A stretch of DNA of 64,000 bases from Minutocellus sp. GHC0000111 (Eukaryota). The stretch's first letter is position 1; each line of letters opens with the position of its first letter. The notes beneath the pieces are model-generated. The model was not told the origin of the DNA. It ran no database searches and was given only the letters and a program-made list of their open reading frames with translations. The stretch spans positions 1,798,001-1,862,000 of the forward strand of contig OZ361256.1 of NCBI GenBank assembly GCA_977018835.1, read 5' to 3'. The translations under genes were made by a program, and so were the position numbers. Shown here in pieces: positions 30,431 to 41,700 of the stretch.

Positions 30431-30889
30431 TACGTTAGGCAGTCCGTCCATGCCCTCGGTGGCGTGTTGATGGAACCGGCGCAAACGACAGTGTTGCGCT
30501 TGGCTGCTGACAAATAAGTACGAGAAACTTGAACTTTACCTATTATTAGAGTCAAGGTATGAGTTCACACGGACCGACTCTGATGCTGTACGGCAGGGTT
30601 GTTGAACGGTTGTTTCTATATGTATTTCCTAACAATAGTAGATGGAATATAATATTGCAGATCAGTATGAGAATGGTCAGTTCGTGCTACACACATATAC
30701 GATGTAGAAAAATGCACAGCTACGGAGGTATATAGCTAACTACTTCTCAATCGCCACCCGCCCGTGCACTCACACACGCCATCCGTAGCCGCAGTTGCAA
30801 CCGCCTTCGTATCCAACTCCGCTCATCGAACATTCATCATTCTCGGCAATACGTTTACTTTTGGCATGGACGAGAACCAAATGTAATCA
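30431..30889. repeat. Direct duplicate (copy 2) of 28671-29158
   Basis: Same sequence blocks as copy 1; overlaps the intact 3' end of the 30823-32427 gene. Confidence 0.85.
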
Positions 30890-32427
30890 GCCACCTTGGT
30901 CTGATATCTGAGCGTTTGCGGCGTCGTGCCAATCTCCAACCGCAAAAAGTTGCTCATGGACAATGTTTCCTTGGCCGACGGATTCAGCAGTATGGTGGTG
31001 ACGGCCTCTTCGTCGATGCCAGTTGCCAGCGGATTGATGAATTTGCAAACTCGCGGCAATCTACCGTTCGGCCCACCCATGTATCGTACGTCGGAAATCG
31101 GTGCTACCACCACGACGAGGGAATCGGGATGCGACATGGCCCAACGGGCAGTCGCCGTCGCCATGGCCTCGTGCACCAGTATCCGCTCGGCGAAGAAGTC
31201 CCCGGGAGTATCCTTGTCGTTCAGTGGCACAAAGTCTTTGAACAACGACTTTTCGGCATACAGCTTGTACTTTGGGTCCTGCGTCAGAGCAATGAAGCCC
31301 TCGGCATCGGCCACATACTTTTGTCGACGCTCGATATTGACATTTTGCAATCCCTCGGATCGGACCGTCTTGAGATCTTCCACTTCCGGCGACAGGGCAA
31401 GAAGAGACATGCGCTTGGATTTGGCAAATTTCAGGAGAGGCAGATTGATTTCAATCGTACTTTGACCAACGCCAGCTGCGACCAGTGCATCCATGAGCTT
31501 GGATTCATCACTCTGTCCCTTGGTGTAGGCATCCAATGCCTCTTGCGTCGACTGGGGGCAGAAGGCCAATCCCAGTGCCGTGCTCTCGCCACCCCGTTGC
31601 CTCGGCTTGACAATGTCGGTCAACAATCCCACGGCCAGCTCGGTGTCATCGGACGATGCGTAATCCACTCCCATGAATACAAATGTAGCATCCTTTTTTC
31701 CTGCCAAATCGGCACTGTTGCCACCTGCACTTCCATCACCGCCGCCAATGCCCACGGCCTTGCCAACACTCTTGACGCCATCGATGGTACCGTAAATGCC
31801 CTTCTGGGCAATGTTGTTCAGATTCACACTCTCCTCCACGTAGGCTTCCTTGGACGTGCCGCTGCCGCTTCCCAGCTGCTTCAAGATGGCCGCCTCCCGC
31901 GACGCACGAAAGGGCACGAGGGTCGGTGGGATGGTCGAGTCGACCAGATACGCCGTGGCCCGACGAGCCTGCTGGTAGGCCAGGCCGCCCTCGACGGTTT
32001 GCTGCGATTTGGGCAGGAGGAAGTTGGGGGCGTCGATGGCTTGGGCGGATGATGGGGAAGAGGTGACTGCTGCTGCCGTTGTCGAAAGGAGGGTGGCAGC
32101 TGCCGATGCGAGAGCCTCGCGACGGGTCGACGAGGCTGGAGTCGGCATGATATGTGCTTCATTTTTCGACGACAGGTTCTCGCTTGGAATATCATCGTCA
32201 TTCGTTGCAAACAGCTTGCCTTGTATTCTCATGTGGTGACCGGTCTGATGAGATGATGGTTGGAAGGCCATCACCCCGCCAATTGCAGAAATGCCGGATC
32301 CTCCCAACTTAAACAAGCTCAGGCAACACAAGACGCACGACGAAAGGGTAGAAACTGAAATGCCAACATTATTGCTGCGCCCAAAAGAAGACGACGACGG
32401 CCTCTTGGATCTGCAAGATGCCGTCAT
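30823..32427 (-). CDS. Plastid (possibly thylakoid-lumen) protein with ChaN/haem-binding-uptake-like domain
   Basis: Signal peptide + MAF; twin-Arg TRREAL...AQA lumen signal; ALGL..., LLKFAK...LLAL, FFAERIL.HEAMA, ADYIWFS end. Confidence 0.6.
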   Translation of the reverse strand: MTASCRSKRPSSSSFGRSNNVGISVSTLSSCVLCCLSLFKLGGSGISAIGGVMAFQPSSHQTGHHMRIQGKLFATNDDDIPSENLSSKNEAHIMPTPASSTRREALASAAATLLSTTAAAVTSSPSSAQAIDAPNFLLPKSQQTVEGGLAYQQARRATAYLVDSTIPPTLVPFRASREAAILKQLGSGSGTSKEAYVEESVNLNNIAQKGIYGTIDGVKSVGKAVGIGGGDGSAGGNSADLAGKKDATFVFMGVDYASSDDTELAVGLLTDIVKPRQRGGESTALGLAFCPQSTQEALDAYTKGQSDESKLMDALVAAGVGQSTIEINLPLLKFAKSKRMSLLALSPEVEDLKTVRSEGLQNVNIERRQKYVADAEGFIALTQDPKYKLYAEKSLFKDFVPLNDKDTPGDFFAERILVHEAMATATARWAMSHPDSLVVVVAPISDVRYMGGPNGRLPRVCKFINPLATGIDEEAVTTILLNPSAKETLSMSNFLRLEIGTTPQTLRYQTKVADYIWFSSMPKVNVLPRMMNVR

Positions 32428-32625
32428 ATCAGCGGCGATAAAGAGAGAGGTGCGGTGGGTGGGATATCTCTACAATTGCAGAGCGCAGGTATGATACTGA
32501 CGCACTTCCTTCGCCGTTTCGGCTTGACTTCAACTTTGCCGTCGATTTGGTTTTCGTCTTTCCGTCTCCCGCTCACTCAGCACCGCTCATTTTTGCTTCA
32601 ACAATCGCCCGCCCATGCATGCAAC

Positions 32626-33966
32626 ATGATGTGGCACGTTTATCCACCGCCGCATGGCTATTCGCCTCGAGTTGGAGATGAAGTCTTCATTCGGCCAAAG
32701 ACTGGAAAAGAACTGGGCCTGACGGGGAGAGTGACGGACCTGGTCGACGATGAATCTCAGCCCCCGGCTACAGCTCCTGCCGCTGCAAGTGCCAACAACA
32801 GCAACAGCACCACAACCAAGAAGCGAAAGAGGGAGGAGCCAACCCGTGCCGTCGTTTCGATCCATTCTACCACTGAATCGAATGCAAATGCTAATGATGT
32901 GGATGGTGATACGTGTGCTGGTAGAACTAGTAGAGAGGTTACCTCTCGTCCATCTCGGCTGGTCAAGGTTTACACTTCTTCTTCGAATTCATCACACGTG
33001 GCATCTCAAAGCTGCTATGGAGGTTCCGACAAGATGCGACACCGCCCACAAATAGTTGTCACTTCGGACACCGTCAATTATCGCATACTGGCCGCCTCGC
33101 AAGTGAAATCGGATGACTTTGTCTTGGAGATCGGCTGCTCCACGGGAGAATGCACCGCCATTCTGGCTCGATATGTGTCGTCGCCATCGCGCATCGTTGC
33201 ATTCGATACCGGAGAGAGCATGATTGCCGCCGCCAAGAAACGGGTGGCGGAAGAACAGAAACAGCTGAAGGAGGTGGGGGGCGCCAGAGCCAACAATGGT
33301 GCCGTATCGTTTTATAAGATTGATGCCCTGCAAGATCCTCGTGGTGCTCTCAAGGCGATCCAAACGTCGACATCGGTGGCGAGAGGGGATGAAGACAAGA
33401 AGGACGGTGCCACAAATTCCGACTCTCAACCAAAATATCCGGACGTTGTCGTCATTGATATTGGCGGAAATCGAGAGATTAAGGGTGTGGTTCGAATGAT
33501 GCATTGGGTTCTGGATGCTTTCCAATCTCAACCCCCTCGGCTGATTGTAGTCAAGAGTCAAGAATTGGTGGGAGAATTGAGGCTTGCATCGCGGAACAAT
33601 ACCCTGCTGCTCAATATTGACGACAAAGATGGAACGGTCCATTATGGTCAGGATTGGTTTTTACTGCTGGTTGATTCCATCGTCGATCAAGCGAATGGAG
33701 GTGGAAATGACAACAAGGACGAAAGTCAGGTTGGTACAGGAAATAATGGTCGCGGCAGGAGTGGTGGTGGTGGTCCGCCAAGGTTTTCTCATCCGCTCAA
33801 GGCACCGCTGGCTTTGTCACCCGTCGACGATGCCACGCCCATCTGTCGTTTCCACAACTACCACCCCGAGGGCTGCAAGAAGGCTGAAAGTTGTGATTTT
33901 GACCACGACCATTGTCACTTCTGCCTGAAGAAGGGGCACGTTGCCAGGAATTGTTGTGAGGGTTGA
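32626..33966 (+). CDS. SAM-dependent methyltransferase-like protein with C-terminal CCCH and CCHC zinc fingers
   Basis: VLEIGCSTG, AFD, VVIDIGGNR; ICRFHNY...C.....C.FDH; CHFC...GH.ARNC. Confidence 0.75.
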   Translation: MMWHVYPPPHGYSPRVGDEVFIRPKTGKELGLTGRVTDLVDDESQPPATAPAAASANNSNSTTTKKRKREEPTRAVVSIHSTTESNANANDVDGDTCAGRTSREVTSRPSRLVKVYTSSSNSSHVASQSCYGGSDKMRHRPQIVVTSDTVNYRILAASQVKSDDFVLEIGCSTGECTAILARYVSSPSRIVAFDTGESMIAAAKKRVAEEQKQLKEVGGARANNGAVSFYKIDALQDPRGALKAIQTSTSVARGDEDKKDGATNSDSQPKYPDVVVIDIGGNREIKGVVRMMHWVLDAFQSQPPRLIVVKSQELVGELRLASRNNTLLLNIDDKDGTVHYGQDWFLLLVDSIVDQANGGGNDNKDESQVGTGNNGRGRSGGGGPPRFSHPLKAPLALSPVDDATPICRFHNYHPEGCKKAESCDFDHDHCHFCLKKGHVARNCCEG

Positions 33967-34235
33967 AGTATCTACTGGTGCCGGTACCTCGATAACATAC
34001 CGGTACCATGTCAATAGAAGAAGAATTGACTGGACAATACCAATTGGTACATAGAATTCCCTGCATGTTTAATACAGAGAATTTGCCTACCGGTTTGTCA
34101 AGTGATCAGATCAAGCACCTCGCCACCAACAAGTTGCAAAGTGCCGCCAAGCAAAACGGCGCTGCCACCTCTCCTCGCTCGGTGAGGTCGGCGAGGTTGG
34201 ATAAAATATCGAATCAAGCATAGGCGCACTTATCA

Positions 34236-35589
34236 ATGACCCGTGCACATCCCGAGGCTAGGATAGAAGTAGGGTACAAGATCTCCAAGACCCAACTCCA
34301 AGGTTCTGATGCAAACCTCGACACCCTGGCGTATACAAGTTCCGTCAAGAACATGCCGAGTAAGTTACTTGGTTTAATTTCCTCTTTACCTCTTTCAATC
34401 TCTATTAAAAGTCACTCAGATTTCTTTTTTTCCTTTATCCAACATGATCCGTACACTTACATGTACACCTCACTTAGGCCACAAGGGTACTTTGTTCTCG
34501 GAAATTATCCGGGGGGCCTCCAGCATGGGAGCTCTATTTGAACTTCCGACTGCTCTCAACTCCAGCGGCTACCTATCAGTTCCCTCACCTCAAGTGAATG
34601 CCCCCTCTGGCGAAGAGGATTATTTCCAGGGTGGATACAATATTGAGCTCCACGGGAGCCAAGATGGCGGAGCCATCGACGCCGTTCAAATCGAATTCCC
34701 ACGCTATCTCCGTGCCGAGGAATTTGGCCAGCAGGCCGATGTACTCCAAGCTTTTGGCAACGTAGTGCTACCCCTAATGATCGAGCTGCACTACCCACAA
34801 GCATGTGCCTCGTGGAATCCACCGTTTCCCACTCCTCCTCCAACTCCGGAGTGCACTGTAGATTTGGATTGTGATCAGAGCCTATTCTGTAGTCCCCAAG
34901 TTTGTGATCCATCTCTTGGCTGTCAACCTACTTCCGATCCTTGCCTCGTGGGTGAAATCTGTCTGGAGTCCAGCGACTCCTGTGTGCAGTGTACCGAATC
35001 TTCACAGTGCGAAGACAATAATGAATGCACCGTCAACCGATGCCTTGGCGATGGTACATGTGATTTCGCAGAAAGTGCCTGCATAGCCGGTCAAGTTTGT
35101 AACGACACAACCAAACAGTGCGAGGCAGCCCCAGGGTGGCACTCAATCTTCTTCTCAGATTTCGAGACGGGGTGGGATGACTTCAACGACGGTGGCTCCG
35201 ATGCAGCACGACGAACTGACGTTGCGCATAGCGGTAGCTATTCGATTCGCATCCGAGATAATTCCAACGGAGCCTCCTCTATGTATACCAATGACTACGA
35301 TGTCTCAACGTACCAATCCCTACGTGTTGAGTTCTGGTACCATCCGATTGGAATGGAGACCGGCGAAGATTTTCTTCTACAATATTCAACCGATGGCGGG
35401 ACCTCTTGGATTGTCGCAAGCTCTTGGGCTCGAGGAACAGACTTCGAGAATGGCAGTTGGTACGAAACATCTCATGTCATTGATGCCTCGGGTATTAGTA
35501 GCATCAGGATTCGATTCCGCTGTGATGCAAGCGTAAACAACGATCAAGTCTTTATCGATGACGTTGAATTCATGGGCGAAATCGCCTAA
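34236..35589 (+). pseudogene. 5'-truncated or decayed gene: C-terminal half of an N-formylglutamate-amidohydrolase-like domain, Cys-rich repeats and a C-terminal beta-sandwich domain; intron 34360-34477
   Basis: AHPE.RIEVGY.ISK, SVPSP...P....YFQGGYN...HGS..GG.IDAVQIEFP..LR; C....C....EC repeats; FSDFETGW..FNDGGSDA...IRIRDNS...EDF..QYS.DGG.SW. No intact N-terminus or signal peptide upstream. Confidence 0.5.
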
Positions 35590-35743
35590 GTAGAGTTGCG
35601 CCTGTCTTGCTTATTAGTTGGCTAAAGAGAGATGTGCTCAGTAAATAAATTGCATAATAGTATCTTTTTTAGTATCTTCAATTTTCTTCTTTGTATCGTA
35701 GCTTTCGTCGCGTGATTTTAACTCGGCTCGCATTAACTGATAC

Positions 35744-38700
35744 TTATCCCTGGCTCTCCTTGTTCTTGAGACGATTGAGTCTAGCTCTCAATGCTGCAGC
35801 TCCGCCCCCTCCTCCAGATTCAACGGTAGATGTAGATGAAGCTCCGGCGCCGATGGATTGTGACGAGTTCATTTCTGATGGCGCCAATGCTGAGGATGCT
35901 GAAGAAGAGACTGCCGTTCTACTTGCGGCAAGTCTCGCTCTTAGCGTTGAGGCCGCCGATGAGGAGGATGTAGACGGAGCGCCAGCTGCAATACCGGAAG
36001 TCGAACCGCCGGAAGCAATACCAGACGCGTTTGATGGGAGAAGTACTGCTGGTGCTGACGATGATGATGCAGCGACAAAGTCCTCCGTTGTTTGCAGATT
36101 CGCCTTGATTTGATCCAGTCTATCTTTGACGGTACGTGCCTCTTCGATCCCTCGATCGTTGCTCGAACGAAGAATATCGTCGCCCGCGCGAATAAGGCAT
36201 TCCAAAATGAATGCCCGGAAGTGTTCAGAGAGTGGAATAAGCTGGGTATCGACATCGAGATTGGGGTGGGAACTGACAAAGGCTAAGAGTCGGCTCTTGA
36301 AGCGTTGCTTGGAGATGGCGTCACTCGCCCCAGCACCCTCCGCGATAAGCTCGCCAAAGCGTTTGATGTCATCATCAGCACTGCTGCTTCCGTCGGCAGA
36401 TCGAGATTCCTCGGACATTGGAGAGATAAAGGCCGGGGTCAGACCAAGCTCCTCCTCGCAAGATTCCACGACATCCCATACCAGGGGATCTTCCTCCTTC
36501 GTCAATCCACAGTCCAGCAAGGTATCGCGAATTGGTACCGCGCTGCCATTGGCCTTAATGACGGCGGTGATGATGGTCTTGGCCATCGCATGACAAGAGG
36601 AGGCTGCCTGAGGATTCGCCATATCATCGCGAGTGGCTTTGACCAAATCTGACACAGCGCACACAAAAGCCTCCAGGTCAAAGCCGTCGAAGGGCGTGGC
36701 CTTGCTGCTTTCAGACTTGATGGTACGTGCCATGAGCTTGGTCATGATCTTTGCTAACCGTGCATTTTTGTCCGTCCCGTCGTCACCGGTAGGAATTAGC
36801 CGGCAGAATTTGACCTGCAGTCTCATGAGGGCAATAACGGATTCGTGCGTTGGAGCACTGATGATTGCCATGATCGCCACCTTATTCGCCCGCTGAATCT
36901 GTTCCCTCTGTGTCTGATCAATACCATTGACGGAATCAATTCCGACGGTGGTGATGCGGGGATCAAGGAGAAGATTAGCGCTCTCTTCCACGAGTGTTGC
37001 GAGGCAGGTATCATTGATACGCTTCGCCAACTCTCCATCTTTGAGTGTTTGCATCAGCGTAGCGAGGAGAAGAGATATCAAAGCAGTGCTCATCCCTCCC
37101 GATTGGTTCTTGTCGCCGCATTTGCATGCGAATCCGAGGGCTCTGTTGTTGCAAAGCAAATAAGGAAATTTGGTACCAGACAGATGAAGATAGGAGCCAA
37201 AAGAGTGGTGAGCAGATTGAAAAGACATGCGCGGATCGACCCTTTGTTCAACCAAATAAATAAACAATACAACAACCAAATAAATAAACAATACTCACCT
37301 AGACATTTGCGTGAGGAATTGTGGGGTTTGGCCAATGAGGTCGCTCTTGATTGCATCGGCGTTGTCTCCACCTTTTCCAGATACCGCGGCATGGATGGTC
37401 CGGAGAGACTCTTCAACAGATTTAATCGCCGGATCATCTTCGGCCAGCGGGATAGGTTGCAACATTAACTTGTCGATGCGACTCATGACGGTAGAGTCTT
37501 GCTGTGCCTTTGCTTCTGGTGCGGAGCGGACATTAATGGTGGGTAGATTCTTGGCTGCCTCGTGATCCTCTTCGTCGTTGTTTGTCGTTCCTACATCGTC
37601 ATTATCCCCTGATCCCGCGTCATGAATGACGCTGCTCCCTTCCCCGCCCTCAGCACCTCCTCCTTTCCTCGATCTCAATTTCGCGAGACGCTCGCGAAGG
37701 CTGGAGACACCTGCACTGCTTTGCTCGCCTGAGGCGGCGATCGAGGCTGATGAAGTGACCATTTCCTCGGTGGCGCTTGTGATCCTTTTGGCCTCGACGG
37801 TTGGTTCTACCTGCGGAGCTTCGTTTGAGTTCCTTCGGCCCGAATATTGAAAGGTAAAAAGCTCCTCTCGGGGAGTTGGCGATATCATTTCTTCGCCAGC
37901 CGTAATATTGGACAAGGGATTGGCCGATCTCTCTGCAGATGACGAATACGCAGCATCGTCCAGATTCAGCTTGAGAGTTGGAAATGCGTCTACTTCATCG
38001 TCGTTGTCGCCCTCTTTTCGCAGAGACAGTGCCGAGGTCCCCGCTCTTGCTCGATCTCTCTTTCCACTGCCAGGGGAGAGACCGGGAATACCGCTGCTCC
38101 GTGCGGACGAACGCAATGAACTAGTAGCGGTCTTTCTCGGCCGACTTGTAACGTTGCCGCTCTTTCCTCCAGCTGCAGGCTGCTGCTCGTGCTTCGCCCA
38201 ACGTTCTTCGATCAACTCCTTGGCCTTGTGGGAAAGATTCGAATTGCCGCAAAGCCGGGCAAACTTTTGCAAGTCACCATTCAACCTCTCGATGACACCA
38301 ACCAAGAGATCCAGGGCAATGTTTCTATTTTCAGGCAGCTTCTCCTCCGAAAAAGTTTTCGCCGTCACTTGAATGCCCTTCTTTCCAATTCCATCCAAAC
38401 CACAGAGCTCGATACAAGCCTGGCACTCCTTCATTGCTAGTCCACGCGTCTTGGCGTGGTGAGTACGTTCTACGATGACCATGCAAATGTGAGGGCCATA
38501 TCGTTGCGGTGGGTACAGCCCTCCATCGTTGATCTGAGATATCAAATCTTGGAACATTTTTCGGAATCGACCCTTCGAGGCACTGGCCTTCTCCAGTAGG
38601 ATGGGCAACAAGACAGCAGCCTCTGGATCGGACAGCTGGACGTCTTTGCTTTTCATGCATTCAAACAGATCGCTGAGTAAAGTTAAAAGCGTTTGAAGGC

Positions 38701-41700
38701 CGACGGTATTCTCTCTGCTGCACATTGCACAGGCAATCCACTTGCAAATGATATCAAGCTGGTCAAATACAACTGTGTCGTCAGCATCGACCGCAAGCTG
38801 GACCGCTCTAGAGATTAGCTGGCAACCAGCCTCGGCATCGTCTTGTTTTTGTATCCCCGATTTGGGAAATAATGCATCGATGGACGCGGTTGGAAGGAGT
38901 TGCGCCCATATCTTCTTCACGGATGTGAGAGAGCTGCTTCCAGATGGCTCCTCGGGATATTCGGGCCAATTTTCTCTCTTGCGGACCAATGCCGACGATC
39001 GCATGTCTTTTGTTGATGATCCTGGACTGTCCGACAGGAGAGGGTGGCCAGAAAAGCTCCCCTTGGAGAGAGAGTTAGTCCCCGCTGCATTGGAGGACGA
39101 AGATGATCGAAGTCCGTCACCGATTGAGGATTGAGACCTTGCAGATGTTCGGGAACCAGGACGCGACCTCGTGAGGGACGATGTTGGTCGGCTGCGAATG
39201 GATCCTGTGCCAGGCGCCCTTGCGGAAGCGGTCCGTGAGACGGTCGAGCGACGCGTTGGTGACTTGGCTGACGAGGTCAAATTTTCCTTCTCCAGAAGGG
39301 CATCCGCACTGGCACCGGTGCCTAGTCCATCGATGACGCCTGTGACAGCGCGTTGTTGCGCGGGAAGTAACTTTTTGCTTCCGGCTTGGATGCTTGCCGC
39401 TGTCAATACCTCGTGGTCGCTGCATGCCTTGAGCAACGCTTCCGCTTCGGCTCTGGTCTCAGACTTGGACGAAAGCAGGCAACAGTGGAAGCGGCAAAAG
39501 CAGCCTCCTGCGCTTGTGCCTTCGAAGATTGCAGGGAGATGGCCTTGGGCAGATGCTCGGAACGTTAGGCAACAAAATTGAGGACCTCGGGAAGACCTCC
39601 AGCCTTGAAGTCGGAGTCTTTGAGTTCAGTGACAAGACAGCCAACCATACAATCGAGAGCGAGGGAGTTACATCCGCCGCCTTCCATCGCATGAAGCTCG
39701 GTGCCACTTTGAAGGGCCGTTATGGCGGCATCGCGCATTATTTTCTTGTTATCCGTCATCGCCGCATAAATAAGCGGTCCAAACACAAGCTTCCCGAGTT
39801 TTGATTGGGCAGTCTTATCGCAACAAGAAAGAAACACGCCAATTTGTTTTGCAGCAACGGGCTTAAGATTGCTTTGAGAGTCAGAAAGACGGCCTCTCAT
39901 TGCACGGACAAGCTCAACGAGAGCAGCGTGCACATTCTGGGGAGAGGTACATATCAAACCACTGCACTTTTCAAGAGCTGCTCCGACATCTTCAAGAGCC
40001 TGCTTGCGCAGCTTCCACGCGGTCTTGCCCTCTTTAGATCCCATGCTTTCGACGCAATTATCAGGGAGAGCAGCGATGAGGTCCATTTTCGGTATCTCAA
40101 TACCTCCGAGGGCGGATGCAGCGTTGCCACCTTCGTCTGTGGCTGAGCCCGAACCACTACCACCGCCTCCACCGCTACCGCAGATACTTCTCTTCTCACG
40201 CTCGATCGTAGAAGAAGCCGGATCATATGGAGAAGCATCAATGCCACTCTCAACCAACGTTTTCACTGCCGCCGAGAGGTCACCGGAGAGAATAAGCGCC
40301 TTGAAGACTGGACCAAGCTGTGAATGAAGCTCGCCCACAAGTCGCATTGCCATCTTTCGAACCTTGATATTAGAGCTCTCGGCTTCCTTCAAAATCCATG
40401 GGGCCATGGCATTGATACCATTGCCAAAGGCAGCCGCACCAAAATCGATGCAGATATCTTGGTGCCATTTGAGTAGCGCTTCGTGTGGGATAGGAGATTT
40501 GACCTTTCCGATTAAGGCGATTGTGAGGCCCGATACAGTCTTGGGAGCACGGACAACACAGAGCGATGTGAGAAGAGGAGGCGCAACGGTGGCATACTTG
40601 CGGTCCGCAATCTTTTCTACGCTCAAAGCGACCGCGTCACGGCAGATCCAATTGTCTGGCGGTTGCTTGTTGTCAGCATGACATTCACTTAGGGCCAAGA
40701 AAAGCTCCATGATGGCTTTAACGACATTAAAATTGACATCCTTGAATGGGCCCTCACAGCAATAAGAATGGGGGGCGACGGGACACTCTGCTGCTCCTTT
40801 CTGAAACCATCTGACTTGACGTATGCCGTAAGCGCTTCGATAGCTGCCTTGCGCTTCTTCCAATCCGATGCTGAAGATATAATGTTTGGATTATGATGGC
40901 ATGAAAATGAAACATGTGTGATGAGATTAGATGTGATCGTAATAGGTGGGATGTGATATCAGTGGGTACAGATCTCCCCTTGGTGCCACAACAAGATAGT
41001 TGATTTCGATCCAAACATATAGTACTCACACTTGAGCCCTGCGAGGACTCCTCCATCGTCCTCGTCGGCATCCCAATTCGGAATGCCGAACTCTGCTAGG
41101 CTCGCAATTGCTTCATCAGTCGAAGGCACATTGGCACCAGCATCATTGTCGGCATCAATGGATTCAGACGCAACAGCAGTTGCAACCACTGCCCTCGAGC
41201 TCTCTTTTGGGGGAGCCTTTGCAGCGGCCCCACCTCTTGATGTGCTCTTTACCGACGAGGACTTGGCCATAGATCGCAGAGATCGCGAGCTGGCACCATC
41301 AATCGACTTGGTACTGGCCGTGGTGGCCGACCCACCGACCTTTTCCGCCGACTGGCTGCGGGATGCGCCTCGAGCAGCACTGCCGCCACTCATACTTGCC
41401 GTGAGCGTCTTGTACGCCCGAGGGTTGTCTGTCTTGAGCTCCGCAATGGCATCCTTGACCAAGGAAGCGATATCGTCGTCCTCGACGCGCCGAAGAGCTT
41501 GAAGTATGTCCATCGCAGCCTTCCGCGGTTGCGCATCAGAATCTTTGAGCTTGAGGCACGCTAATTTGGCCGCGTTCTCGGCAGCATCGGGAGTAAGAGT
41601 GCCTCTGGGACCAGCACTTTCACCCCTCTCGATGCATCTACCAAGAAATTCAAGAGTCGACTTGCGGGCCAGGGCATTCTTTTGCTTCCGTTCGTCGAGG

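Noticed and set aside
29225..32052. Long antisense ORFs 29225-30484 (-) and 30916-32052 (+)
   Set aside because: Opposite-strand shadows of better-supported genes.
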